The notes: generated by a model not told the origin, from the letters alone. 64,000 bases of DNA from Octopus sinensis (GCF_006345805.1 NC_043008.1:61938001-62002000), one strand, 5' to 3'. Positions 24,180-38,288 are shown, numbered from the stretch's first letter. Translations and numbers: made by a program.

Positions 24180-24835
24180 AAAATTTATTCAATAAAATCG
24201 GCATTAGCTTCAACTACGGCCTCCAGACGACTTCGGAATCTCCTGCAACTCTTCTGGATGGTCTCCTTGTTTACGTTAGTGAATGCTGCCATAATTCTTG
24301 CCTTCAGTTCATCTTTGGTGTTAATAAGAGTTTTGTTGGTATCTCGCTTAACCACGCCCCACACATAATAATCAAACGGGTTGCAAATTGGGGTGATAGG
24401 TGACCAGGTATTAGGGGTGATGTAGTCGCAGAAATAGTCTGACAGCTATGACTGGGTTCTCCTGCTTGTGAGGCATGGTGCTCAGTCCTGTTGACAGACA
24501 TATGGTCTTCCAGCAGCAGCCCTCTTGATCCAGGGCAGCACTACCTCCTCCAGGCACTAGTTGCAAGCCTCTGTATTGTGTCTGAAGCCGTGTAGGAAGG
24601 TGAATAACCGATATTGATCACTCCAAACACCATGATGTCTGGATGTTTGATTTTTATCACTCTCGGTACATGTCCTCAGATTGTCCTCAGATTGACACCC
24701 GAACACTCTGAAATGTTCGTATTTGGGGTTTCCGACGTGAATGCCAAGCAGTACAGCATATCATTTCCAAATTCTAGCAGAGTGAATTGCATCATAGTGC
24801 TTTCCTTCTTATAGATGATGCCCAACTGACCCTAC
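24180..24835 (-). mobile_element. maT-like (DD37D) Tc1/mariner transposase relic
   Basis: CLEEVVLPWIKRAAAGRPYVCQQD...CNPFDYYVWGVVKRDTNK...ELKARIMAAFTNVNKETIQKSCRRFRSRLEAVVEAN; 37-residue D-D spacing counted by hand. Confidence 0.85.
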
Positions 24836-25139
24836 TATACTGTGTAGTAGACAAAATTAAAAAAAACAAGCAATGCACACACACTAAATTAGAAATGTAA
24901 AAGGCCATCAATTTACCCATCGCAACCTGTGTATGTGTGTTTGTGTGTGCATATGTGAGTGTGTGTGTGTGTGTGTTTAGTGAATGTGCGCGGCTTATTA
25001 GAGTTTTACACTCGAGATGACAAGAAAGGGATTTCGATTCCCCGACCGATAGGTGAGTTGTGCTGTTCAGTAAAATCCTTCACGTTACTCTACTGTTATT
25101 TCGATATCTGATATGTTGCGCTCCTGTGCACTAGTCAAC

Positions 25140-25260
25140 TTGATCTTCATAGACAGAGTGATCTTGTGTCTCTGGTGTTTGCATTAGAAGCTGTAGTACA
25201 TATCCCTTTTGCTAGGGTTGAAGGAGATATTCATTCTGTTGTGTCTGGGGTGGTATATTG
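25140..25260 (-). pseudogene. Penelope-like (Neptune-type) ORF C-terminal relic
   Basis: IYHPRHNRMNISFNPSKRDMYYSF*CKHQRHKITL resembles IYHPxxxTLNKRxExxxxCRHxxKxxL. Confidence 0.5.
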
Positions 25261-25385
25261 CTTCTTCTTCTTCTTCTTCTTCTTCTTCTTCTTCTTCTTC
25301 TTCTCCTTCTTCTCTTCTTCTTCTTCTTCTTCTTCTTCTTTTCTTCTTCTTCTCTTCTTCTTCTTCTTCTTCTTCGCCTTCTTCC
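25261..25385. repeat. (CTT)n microsatellite
   Basis: Direct. Confidence 0.95.
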
Positions 25386-25394
25386 CTGCCAAAC

Positions 25395-25628
25395 ATTCAC
25401 AACGACCTCGAACCCACAAGAGTAAACAAGAGAGACAGAGACAGCCAGAAACGAGGAAAATGCCCCTTGTATTTGAGTAATGTGCAAATATTCTTTTCCT
25501 ATAATTCTTCCAAAATTTAATTGTTTTCCATACTTACAGTTGAAAACGTCTCAATGACTGAAACTGGTACTGAAATGTGTTTTATAAAATTATCTTAGCA
25601 TTTTCTACTTTGAATTTTTTCCATAAAT
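25395..25628 (+). mobile_element. Penelope-like 3' end with minimal hammerhead-like motif (family E)
   Basis: Homologous to 34662-34858 (-); motif CAG-UUGAAAA-CGUC-UCAAU-GACU-GAAA-CUGG-UA-CUG at 25537-25572; ends in (TA)n. Confidence 0.6.
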
Positions 25629-25629
25629 A

Positions 25630-25648
25630 TATATATATATATATATAT

Positions 25649-25719
<71 letters not shown>

Positions 25720-25957
25720 GAATGAGAGAGAGAAATAAAGAGAGTAAGATGTAGATTTAGATATAGATATAAATATAGATATAGATATATGTGTGTGTAT
25801 ATGTATGTACATACATACATAGACACACACACATATATACGCGTATATATGTGTATATTATATGCGTGAATATATATATATATATATATACACATAAACA
25901 AAAGCATATACAAATTCATGAACACAATGTATATATAAATGAACGAATACGTACATA

Positions 25958-26010
<53 letters not shown>

Positions 26011-26710
26011 ATACATATATATATGTATGTATATATGTATAGAGAGAGAGAGAGGGAGAGATATGTAGATATAGATATAGATATATGTGTGTGTATATGT
26101 ATATACTTACATACACACACACACAAATATGTATGCGTGTATTATATGTGTGTATTATATACACACAAACAAAAGCATATACAAATACATGCACACACAT
26201 ATGTATATATAAATGAACGAATATATACGTATATATATATATGTATATATACATACATAAGGAAATCTTTAACGTGTGCGTGTGTAATATTTGTTTGCAT
26301 ATATTGTGTATTTGTGTGTTAGTAAGACAATAGTTTTCGCTTGATATATATGCGAATTTCTATATATGCATAATTTATGTTTCAAAGTGAACGATTTAAA
26401 TATCTGATTTATGTATGATAAATGTGTTTTTGTCTGGGCAAGATATTTATATGATTTCATGATTTATAAGAGATATTAGTGTATGTATATGCATATATGT
26501 ATGTATATGTATGTATCTATATATATGTGTATGTATTTATGTATATGTATATGCATGTATGTATATATAAATATGTATCATCATATATCAATATATATAT
26601 ATGTGCATATAAGTGTATATACATAATTATATATATGTATATATATATATGTATGTATATATCTCTCTCAATCTATATATTTGTGTGTATGTGTGTGTGT
26701 ATGGACAAAG
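25630..26710. repeat. Compound TA/GA/TG microsatellite block with an internal ~250 bp duplication
   Basis: ACAAAAGCATATACAAAT...ATATAAATGAACGAAT occurs twice (near 25900 and 26170). Confidence 0.85.
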
Positions 26711-26936
26711 ATTTGGCAGGAGGCAGGCAGACAGACATGATGGATGTATATAAATACATAGGTACCGTCTTGCATGCTCTTTCATTTGCCTCAGTGTATT
26801 GTAAGCAGTAAAAACATCGAAAAACGAATTTATCAGCATTACTTTACTACATATACTTTTAGTTTGTATATTTCTGTGTTCGCATGAATGTATGTATGTA
26901 TGTATATATGTATGTATGCATGAATGTAAGCATGTC

Positions 26937-27008
<72 letters not shown>

Positions 27009-27045
27009 AAGGAGGAGGAGGAGGAGGAGGAAGAGGAGGAGAATA

Positions 27046-27575
27046 ACCGCACCAAGCAGTGACTCTCATGGCTTCTCCTCTTAACTGACTGGAAGTGATA
27101 TCATGTACATTCTTTTGTCTTGGCACAAAATATGGACTACAGCAGATATTGTGCTCAATAACACAGATTTGATTGCCAGTTGCTTGACCTTAACCATTTG
27201 AGCATGTCCTTTAGTGGCTGACAATATGTGCATCTCTGATCACGAGCAGAAGTAGTGGGGGAGCATCACAGCCATGTGTTGTGAGGAATTCTTTGCGATT
27301 TAAATAATTCTCCTTTCGAAACTACCCTTATTCAGGGACCTTTAGAGCGGGATGCGCTACTCGACCTGAAGAGAATTCTAACTGGAACCCACCTGCGAGG
27401 TAATACGCTGTATATCTTAATATGTGATCACCATGGCTATGATGCACTCCCACTACTTCTGCTCGTGATCAGAGATGTACCTATCGTCAGCCACTAAAGG
27501 TCATGCTCAACTGGTGAAGGTCAAGCAACTGACAGGCAAATCTGTAGTGCTGTGCAGAATATTTGCTCTAGCCCA
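27046..27575 (+). mobile_element. Repeat family D copy with internal foldback
   Basis: Matches 53780-54324; 27432-27575 is the reverse complement of ~27135-27275. Confidence 0.8.
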
Positions 27576-27659
27576 GGGGTTTTAAACATCCAATTATGGT
27601 TTTTATAATTATTTATGTTATATAATATTATGTTATGTTATATTATACTATATTCATAG

Positions 27660-27840
27660 GAAACCATGATGGTCCTCTGGAGGACATCTGTCCTAAGTCA
27701 CTTTAACTATTGCTCTCAGCTATGGTCACCAACCAGTGTCAAATTATCTCATAACTTAAGGTCAATCCAACGAAGCTACACGAAGATAGCCTCTGTGCAG
27801 CATATAAGCTATTGGGAAACACTCGTCTACTCTTTAGTCA
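27660..27840 (+). pseudogene. CR1/L2-group LINE reverse transcriptase C-terminal relic
   Basis: ETMMVLWRTSVLSHFNYCSQLWSPTSVKLSHNLRSIQRSYTKIASVQHISYWETL matches LVxSxLDYCSxxWSP...LExIQRxFTK...LSYxERL. Confidence 0.8.
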
Positions 27841-28139
27841 ATATTATCTCCGATTTTCTTGAAGTCACTATTGAACATGAATACCTATCAATTACTTAAT
27901 CACGTCGACGACAAACGCATCCCTAGCAAATTTCTTTTAGTTGTTACAGCTTAAGTTCTAACTGATAGTGATTCAAGTACCATTTTCTTTAAAGTTGTTG
28001 TTTTTTTCCTGTACGCTTAGAGGCAATAAAATAACTGTCCTTAACTAAATGCCGAAGAAAGACGAAGAAGATGCCAAGAAATTTGGTTTTATTATATTAC
28101 CTGTAAAAGAAGGACAAGGTATATTACATGTTTTCTTTT

Positions 28140-28505
28140 TCTTTTCACTCGTTTTAGTCATTAGATTACGGCCATGCTGGAACAATTTTTTGTCGGATTA
28201 AACGACACCAGTACTTACTTGCTTAATCCTGGTAATTATTCAATCGGCTTCTTTTGTCCGCTAATTTACCGGAACGTAAACACACTGTCACCAGTTGTCT
28301 AGCGGTGGTGCGGGGACAAATACAGACACAAAGACACACACACATATATGTATACATATGGCGAGCTTCTTTCAGTTTCCGTCTACCAAATACGCTAACA
28401 AGGTCTTAGTTGGCCTGAAGCTATAGTAGAAGACACTTGCCCTAGGTACCATGAAGCGTGACTGAACCTGCAACCAAGTGGTGGGAAGCAAGCTTCTTAC
28501 CTCAC
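28140..28505 (-). mobile_element. Degenerate SINE S1
   Basis: Diverged match along the length of S1. Confidence 0.8.
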
Positions 28506-28944
28506 ATCATAAACTTTGTACTTTAGCAGATTTGCGTTTATTATAATTTTTCTAATATTTAGAGTGATTTGTATAAATATATTACAATTACTTAATCTCG
28601 CCTCTGACTAAAGTGCAGTATCCGAATATATCATGCTGTTGAAGTTACGCTCTTGCTTGCATTTGATTAAATTAAGTATTGTCCATTATTTCATTACGCG
28701 GATAGTAGACTAATAGTTCTGGTCTTATGATGAATGGTCCTTGACTTATGGATCATAAATTACGTCAGTGGAATAGCATTTATTATCTGAGTATGATGAG
28801 AATAACATTGATTAATAGGAAATTAAATATTAGAAGTGAAATGCAAAAAAGTAATAATGAAATTAAAAATTGTCGTTGAAGTAACTGCATTGCGTTTGTG
28901 TATGTACACACACACAATTAAAAATATACATATATATATGTATG

Positions 28945-28982
<38 letters not shown>

Positions 28983-29045
28983 TATGTGAGAGAGAGATAA
29001 ATAGATGGGTAGGTACGTAGGTAGATAAATAAACAGATAGATAGG

Positions 29046-29102
<57 letters not shown>

Positions 29103-29477
29103 CGATCGATCGATCGATAGATGAATGGAAGCATATTTATTCAGTCGTCAAAATCAGACTGTGGATGAGGAATCGGTATTACAAATATATTTAAGATGCT
29201 AACTGGTTAACTGTGACACCGATGCCTGTTCTGGCGCTGTCAATCTATATATCGCTGGCGGGGAGATGAATCATTGATATGAGCAAAGAAGGTCGAAATT
29301 ACGTGATCTGGAAGATTCGATACTGGAGGTGGTGGGGTTTTATCTCGTTGCTACCAAAAGCCAGTACGTGCTTTATCTACAAAAAGCTAGTACGAGAGTT
29401 TCTTTCTTGGTAACTACTGCAATATAGCGTGGATAAATAACATCTCTCGGTATTGATATTGACCTATCGCTAATATT

Positions 29478-29888
29478 CTTTTTTCTTTTCTTTTATTCTT
29501 TTACTTGTTTCAGTCATTTGACTGCGGCCATGCTGGAGCACCGCCTTTAGTCGAGCAAATCGACCCCGGGACTTATTCTTTGTAAGCTCAGTACTTATTC
29601 TTTCGGTCTCTTTTGCCGAACCGCTAAGTGACGGGGACGTAAACACACCAGCATCGGTTGTCAAGCAATGGTAGGGGGAAAAACACAGACATACACACAC
29701 ACATATATATATATACATAATATACGACAGGCTTCTTTCAGTTTCCGTCTACCAAATCCACTCACAAGGCATTAGTCGGCCCGGGGCTATAGCAGAAGAC
29801 ACTTGCCCAAGATGCCACCCAGTGGGACTGAACCCGGAACCATGTGGCTGGTTAGCAAGCTACTTTCCACACAGCCACTCCTGCGCCT
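29478..29888 (-). mobile_element. SINE S1, full length
   Basis: Near-identical to 4124-4488 and 60140-60572. Confidence 0.9.
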
Positions 29889-31328
29889 ATATATAAATAT
29901 ATAAATATTTTAACAAGCTAACTGTCTAATCGTGACATCAATGTCTGGTACCGTCACTCTATAGATTGCTGACGTAGAGATGAATCGCTGGTTCCTCGAA
30001 CGGTCGAGCGTCCATCGTTGACAAGACCAAAGAGGGTCGAAATCACAAAGTCTGGTTTCGACACTGGAGGTGGTAGCGATTTATCTCCCCGCCGATGTTA
30101 CAAACGATTGCATTTTTCACCAAAAGCCAATATGAAAGTTTCTCTCATAGTAACTACCGCAATATAGTTTGCTCTAATAGAACATATACGTTTAAGTAGA
30201 AATAAACAATGAGACACGATGATGACAGCGGAGTAGTTAAGCTTATATACTCGCAATGTCCTTGAGTAATTTTATTTCTACATGCAAATACATATATTAA
30301 TCACTTTTGTAATCATATACATCTCTGAACTAGACAATACTCAGTACTACTGAAGCAGCACTGAATATTTTCCAAGTCAGTGAAATGAGCTTCAACATAC
30401 TTAATTTAGTAAACCTAGAAAACGAATATTAAATTTAATTGATTTAGTTATCAGAACTATCATATCTTTAAAGACAACGTCTCGAAAACCAGCTGGTTAA
30501 ATTCATGCAAATCTAATTAAGATAAATTACATATCGAATGCACTTAACTGACGCCAATAAGTAAAGGGTGATAACCGTTACTTAATTGACATTGCCAAAT
30601 CATAAGGTTATATGCTTCTGTATATATGTAACTATAAATGTTTATATATCGGCCAATTGATAGAAAATTGTTCAAGCATCTATCCTAATCGTTTCACTTC
30701 AATGAATTTGGAATTCACATCACAACATGGTCACCTCTGACGTGCATACTTTTGGGGGTCAATATGATAAGATACTCGTCAAATCTAAGGCCAATATTTC
30801 TTTTTTTTTTTTTCCTTTTGTCGGACAAGCTTTTTTCAGTTTCCGTCTACCAAATCCACTCACAAGCCTTTGGCCGGCCCGGGGCTATAGTATTATGCGT
30901 TACTACGTTTTTACGTCTCATCTGCTACAGTTACCAAACTTGTCTCTTAAAAACAGAGAACAACGATTTGCTCATATTATAAGTGCAAACAATAAATACC
31001 ATATTTTGTGTAAGACTTGGTCAACCTAGACTTAATTAACTGTTTAAATACAAGAACGAATCGTTCTTATAGTTTGTGCATGTGTTTCTTATATTTGTTT
31101 GAGTGTGTTTGTATGTCTGTATCCACTGGAAACAAGTACAAATTTTAAATTACATAACGTGTACTGCACACAGAAATAATTTTCTTAAAGAAATGGTGTA
31201 TTTCTATATCTGCTGAGTTAGCGATTGAAGCTATATTCATATGCATATATGCATGCATACACACACGGACACACACATATGTATACATACATAGATACAT
31301 ATGAATACACACACACACACACACATAG

Positions 31329-31360
<32 letters not shown>

Positions 31361-32031
31361 CTACATAACTGGTTCCTGTATTGTTGCCAGAAGTGTTTCT
31401 GTAAAGCAATAAGAAATAAAACAATTACAAAAGAAGTATGAGAATCAAATATGGACACGGGAAACAACAATAAGTAAAGAATAGCAAACAACATATAAAG
31501 AATGGCAAACAAAAGACAAAAACTCAATAATCAGATCTGAAATCTTTCACTTAAGATTGCTGTTACAAAACAAGTGTTCATCGCACTAATCTTGTTTGGT
31601 GAAGTTACATATTTCTTGTATATTTCAGTTTTGCAAAGAATTCTTTTTAAGAGCCTGAGACAATGAGGAATACAGACATCATATTGAATCAAGGAACAAT
31701 AAGCTGGGTGTCTGTAAATTTGTGTAGGTATGTAAGTACGTGTGCAACTGGATGTGTGTATGTTGTTTTGTATGAATGTATCTGAGTGTGCAGCACCTAT
31801 ATGTTAAATGTGTATGAATATGCATAAATGTGTATGTGTATCAGTAGGGATAAGCGGGGGATAAATGAAGACTTATTCAACGATATGTACGAGTGTCTAT
31901 ATCACCGGGTACACACGCATGTATATAGACATAAATCCCACTACCTGTGTATGTACTTATTCACAAGTATATATTTTGAATATTTATGCTCGTACATACA
32001 AAAATACATACATATATACATACACACACAA

Positions 32032-32066
<35 letters not shown>

Positions 32067-32238
32067 CATATATATATATGCTTATGTATGCATATATATA
32101 TTTATTTATATACGTTTATGCATGCATATATATATATAACAACCACATATATACACATACACATAGATATACATATACATCTATGTGCATGTGTAACTAT
32201 TAATGTGTGTGTATCCATTAATGTGTATGTATATTTTA

Positions 32239-32310
<72 letters not shown>

Positions 32311-34661
32311 CAAACAGATACGTAAGTTGGCTGTCAGAGAGATAACCAAGATAGATATATAGATATAGAGAGATGAATTCTTTATTATTCAAGCAAAGTA
32401 ATGCTCGATCGAACCCTTTCACGGTCGCCGTTTGGATGTCGAAAGAGACCATTATCATTTACCTCGGGTTCTAGATTTTACCCACTTATCATACCCTACG
32501 GAGTTACATGAATTGACACAGTAACGGATTACGTGTTTGTATGAGCCCATATACATCCTGTCAATGGTACAGCATCATGTACATAATCAACAGAGTTAAG
32601 TTTTAACAGTCACTCTACCTAGCTATCAATAGATACTAGGAGTATAGAAATAATGCGTCACAATACATACGTACGCTTCGCTCATGCTCTTGCTTGTTGA
32701 GACAGGGGTCATCCCAGGCTAGTGGTCCCATAGAGGTCATCATGCATAGAGCCGACCAGGTTCACCAGTGCTTGCCATCGCTACATCCTAAATGTCTGGT
32801 TTGTCGGGCATTCTGGGTTCTTCTGGTCGTTGTCATAACAGGTTGAAGGTTCTTCTGGGCGGGTTATTGATCCTCCTCAGAGAAGTCGGATGATGTAGCT
32901 GCCATCTTGGTGGCAAGCCGACATGCCGTGAGTCACATTAGTCTGGGACCTGCCTAGAATGGTCCCACCAAGAGCGACGCTCCAGACAGTAACCCTCTCT
33001 TGGATCTATGGAATACGAACCTCTCTCACCACGATAAGGCCAGACCCAGGAAGGTTTACCACTATAAGTAACAACATTAAATTTAATTTGAAGTCTTCCG
33101 TTAGGTTTAAGCACTACGATTACTTAAGACGATTTCAATGTCCACAGCACACTACTGTGAACATTGTTTGAAGGGAAATCTTTCCTATTAAACTCATTAT
33201 TCATTTATATGAACAATGTTCAGTCATGCTCTTACAAATCAAAGAGAAGGGTCACACCCTATGGTTTTGCAAGATGACCCTATTATATGGTTGATTTCAA
33301 AGATGATAAAAGTATGAATGTTTCAGTGGTTTTCCTCGCGACTTTTCGGACGACGACATAAATGTACCAAACTACACACAATAACTTAAGAAAGTAACGA
33401 CGTTTACAATGTATTGCTATTGACTGTGTTACTCCATCGTTTAACCTGTGTTATATATTACATATTACATGGCTTCTCGAGCCTCACTGTGTAAAGCTGA
33501 ATGATTTACATCCAATGTAGATTTATATACATTGATGCTAATGATTTAAGCTGAAATATTTAATAGGAACAACATTTCTCAGTTTGATAACATCGCAGTT
33601 GATGCAAATGGAATACACATTAAGTGTTAAGTGATTCAGCAACCTACTGACCTTAAATAATATGGGTTTATGCTTTCATCTGCAGTATTGCGTTAATGGC
33701 CGTTATCTTATCGCTACTTGTTTCACTGAATTAAATATGAAGCATATCGCTGAGAGAAAACAAAACTGGAATTGATAACTTAATGTCAACTCGTACAGAA
33801 TGTCATCTCTGATATACCTTTAATGAAACTTAACACAATAAAACAATAGGATTCTGAAGAACATTTAAGATTCAATGAGGAGGAGATTCAGTTGACCGTT
33901 TTAATAGTGAAACAATGGTACATCAAAGCAGCGACAACAACAATCTGCTTTAAGCTCGCGTCAGGCATTAAACAAAAATCATGGAAAGGAAAATAATGGA
34001 AGTAACATGTTATAACTTGTATATATTATATTTATCAATTTTCTGAATTCACAATGCAGTTATCGAATGTAACTTAAGTGTTCACAAGTTCGGATTCCAT
34101 CTTGCAAGTTTTCAACTCCTGTTTATCAAAATGTGTATCAAGTTTTGTAAAGCATATGCATAGTTTTGAATGTTGTAAAACATGTTTTAGCTATCTATTC
34201 TGAAAAAAGAAACCCCAAAAAACAACGATGCATGTTCATTAAAATCGAAGTTAATTCTTTCCTAAATAAATAATATTAATATAATTGTTATACATCTCAC
34301 AAAGGCAGGCATGAGTTTGTATACCGTAACGGAAAATTTAAAGGTCCATACCACTGACACGGACTTATACTATTAACGCCCGAGTAAAATGCATATCGTA
34401 ATTGCAAAAATAAATTTATCATTTTACATATAATAACACGAATACTCAGGACGCATAATTGCTTACCATTGTACTTGTTTCAGCCATTAGACTGCAGTCA
34501 TGATGTCGTACAACCTTGAATAATTTTAGACGACACGAAACGATCTCAGTACAGTTTTCAAATCTAGTACTTATTGTATCGGTTTGTTTAGCCGATTTGC
34601 TAAGTTACGTGGACGTAAACACATCAACATCGGTTGTCAGTTTGTAGAGGTATGAGCAAAC

Positions 34662-34858
34662 CCTGACACAGAAAATGCTAAAATAATTTTATCATAAAAA
34701 CATTTTAGTACCGGTTTCAGTCATTGAAACCTTTTCAACTTTAGGTATGCAAAAAGTAATAAAATTTTGGAAAAATTAAATGAACAGTTTTGTAAAAGAA
34801 TATTCGCATTGTATTTCTGTCTCTCGTTTTTACTCTTGTGGGTTCAAGATCGTTGTAT
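34662..34858 (-). mobile_element. Family E Penelope-like 3' end with hammerhead-like motif
   Basis: AG-UUGAAAA-GGUU-UCAAU-GACU-GAAA-CCGG-UA-CU at 34707-34740; shares CAACGA(C/T)CT(C/T)GAACCCACAAGAGTAAA with 25395-25628. Confidence 0.6.
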
Positions 34859-34908
34859 GTATATATATAAGTTTATAATATATAAAATAACAGATGGATG
34901 ATGTTTCA

Positions 34909-34993
34909 TTTCGCTACAGCTGTTTCCAACGAACTTTTAATTGATTAATGGTGACATTACATCATTATAAAAAACCATTTTCATGAGGTGAAA
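34909..34993 (-). ncRNA. Decayed hammerhead-like motif
   Basis: UUUCAC-CUCAUGA...GAAA-CAGCUG-UA-GCGAAA; G5 mutated, stem I 5 of 6 paired. Confidence 0.4.
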
Positions 34994-35872
34994 ACATGAG
35001 TCATAACATTCAAAAACATTCAAAAGCCAACGGGATGTTCACCCTCATGATTCTATGACCCTTTTGCATCTTACTTCTCGACCCGATCCGGTGCCTGCCT
35101 ATTTAAGTGCCTGATCCACTTGAATCCTGGTTTATTATACACACACAGACGAATACACAGACACACATATATACATGCATATAGTTTTGTTTATATTTGT
35201 GTGCATGTATTTATGCATTTATCTATCTTCCTCTCTCAATATAAATAGTGAGGAAGATATATATATGTATATATATATATACATATATATACATATATAT
35301 ATATATGTATATATGTATATATATATAGATAGATAGATATAAATAATAAATGTCTGGGTGTGTATGTATGTATGCAGTTAGGTAAATAGATATGTGTTGA
35401 AGTATATATATATATATATATATATATGAATGTAATGTACGTATCTACCTTTCTCTATGTGTGTATGAAACTGTGAGTGTGTCTAGTCGTAGGGGAGTAT
35501 AGATATATGTATGTGTAAATTGTTTGGTATATGTAAGCTTTGACTAATGACAATACTTATACGTTAGAACGGCATTGTATCATTATGATTCAGTTAATTC
35601 TACTTTCACAATAGACTTTTGTTACCAACAGCATTAGAGTGTTTTCTTTAGTAATTACATTAGTAAGGACATACCTTGAGGATTGTGTTATTTGTGAAAG
35701 CCCAGATGTCAATAATCGTTCAATACTTTAGCATGACGTGTGCGTGTGTGTCTGTGTGTGTGTAAGTGTGTGAGTGTGTGAGTGTTTGAATGTGTATCGT
35801 ATTTACTTGGGTGTTTGATAAAAGGGCGCACAAATGCATTGCATTCTAACAATGTGTATAAATCACATTTAT

Positions 35873-36259
35873 GTTGGAAGCACTCCGTCGGTTACGACGA
35901 CGAGGGTTCCGGTTGATCCGAATCAACGGAACAGCCTGCTCGTGAAATTAACGTGTAAGTGGCTGAGCACTCCACAGACACGTGTACCCTTAACGTAGTT
36001 CTCGGGGATATTCAGCGTGACACAGAGAGTGACAAGGCCGGCCCTTTGAAATACAGGTACAAGAGAAACAGGAAGTAAGAGTGAGAGAAAGTTGTGGTGA
36101 AAGAGTACAGCAGGGATCACCACCGTCCCCTGCCGGAGACTCGTGGAGCTTTAGGTGTTTTCGCTCAATAAACACTCACAACGCCCGGTCTGGGAATCGA
36201 AACCGCGATCCTTATACCGCGAGTCCGCTGCCCTAACCACTGGGCCATTGCGCCTCCAC
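35873..36259 (-). mobile_element. SINE S2, tail variant 1, full length
   Basis: TSD AAATCACATTTAT (35860-35872, 36260-36272); complete tRNA-like head. Confidence 0.92.
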
Positions 36260-37902
36260 AAATCACATTTATACACAAGTACATACATGTAATAGTGTGT
36301 GACAATTAATGCATAATTTGATAGAGAAAAAATGTAGTGACAGTGTCGTATGTATTTGTGTATATATAGTTTTATGCATATTTTATCTTTTTCTTATTTC
36401 AATCATTTGACTGCGGCTATGCTGGGACACCACTTTGTAGTGTTTATCATGTTATCCAAGGGAATGTCAAAGGCCGATACTCCTTGGCACCAGCGACGTC
36501 GCAATGCTCAGTAGTTAGATTACGGGCTCACAATCATGATGTAGTGAGATCGATTGCTGGACTGGGTTCTGTTTTGTGTTCTTGAGCTAGTCACTTTATT
36601 TCACATTGCTCCAGTTCACTCATACATACATACATACATGCATGCATGCATACATACATACATACATAAATACATACATACATATTATGGACTCACCCGT
36701 CGTTAAAAATTGATGGGTGAGCCCATCATTTCTTGTTGAACAACCATCCAGATGCTCTTTTTCTCGTGATCAAATTTTGCGTTCACCTAAGCTAAGTCCC
36801 TCCATCAAATCGACGTTGCCTGTACGGGATCACATACGTACCACGCTTCAGATGTCGAAATAATCATAGAGAAATGTGAAACAAAATGTTTTGTTCCACA
36901 TAGCTTGGGACTCGAAAATGCAATCCTCGAGACCGTGAATGGAACATTCTAACCACTAGGCCATACACCTACTTGTTAGGATACTGTATTCAACAAAGAG
37001 AGAGAGAGAGAAAGAGAAGAGAGAGAAAGAGAAGAGAGAGAATGAGAAAGCATAGATTTAATATACGCTCCAGGGAGTGTCTCGGTGACACTCCTAAGTT
37101 TTAATTCATTAAGCAACTCAAAAGCGGGTAAAGATTGTTATTAGAAGACAAAAGTGTAACAACACATACTTAAAGTGTAAGTATTTGAAAAGTCTGTGCA
37201 TATGGGTGCGTATGTACGTGTATGCGTTTGTGCCTGCGCACGCTAAGCCAAACAATGTATTTTCCATATCTCGAGAATATTTTTGCCAATCCCACAAAGC
37301 TCCTGCAAGCTGTGTTATTGATGCTGTAATCGATTACTAATACCATCTTCACTATTGATTCATACGAGCCTTACATGCTGTCATATTATATTCCAACTTG
37401 TTATGATTGACAAATCAATATATATTTACATAATTCTCAGCTGAGTGTATTTCTGAAACAGAAAACAGAGATTTCCCCGGAGGGTGACCATTCAAGTCGA
37501 GAGTATTGTGGGACCATGCAGTTGGTGGCGGCGTCGTTGTTTGTGTTCCTTTTATTACAAAGGTAGTTATAATCCTCGCTTAATAGATTTGTTATTCCAG
37601 TGTATGCTATTGTTTGCGGAAAACATCTGAGCTGGATTAATACTGTTAGTGTCACATCCCGTATGAGAACACTTCAACGTTAATATTATGTTTAATACGT
37701 CATGACGAGGGAATGGCAAAATCGGTATAGTTATGGACAAAATAATGATTTCTTAATCTTCATAGTTCAAGTATGTTTTCCATCTTTTATATATCATTAA
37801 ACAAACTCCGGTCAATTTGTGGCCATGACTTAAATGTCTGTTATGTCTCGTGTACAAAATCATGTTCCTGCACACATTTTGTCTCATGACGTCGAAATAT
37901 TC

Positions 37903-38288
37903 TTTTCTACTCTAGGCACAGGGCCCGAAATTTTTGAGGAGGAGGCCAGTCAATTAGATCAACCCCAGTGCACAGCTGGTACTTAATTTATCGACCCCGG
38001 AAGAATGAAATTCAAAGTCGACCTCGGCGGAATTTGAACTCAGAACATAGCAGCTGACGAAATACCTATTTCTTTACTACCCACAAGTTTCAAACGGAGA
38101 GAACAAACAAGGACAAACAAACGGATTAAGTCGATTGTATCGACCCCAGTGCGTAACTGGTACTTATTTAATCGACCCCGAAAGGATGAAAGGCAAAGTC
38201 GACCTCGGCCGAATTTGAACTCAGAACGTAACGGCAGACGAAATACGGCTACACATTTCGCCCGGCGTGCGAACGGTTCTGCCAGCCT
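37903..38288 (-). mobile_element. Tandem/chimeric SINE S3 copies
   Basis: GTCGACCTCGGC(G/C)GAATTTGAACTCAGAAC present twice head-to-tail. Confidence 0.85.

Noticed and set aside
32700-33171. GC-richer segment, possibly a Gypsy integrase tail or LTR piece
   Set aside because: No diagnostic motif in any frame that I could confirm
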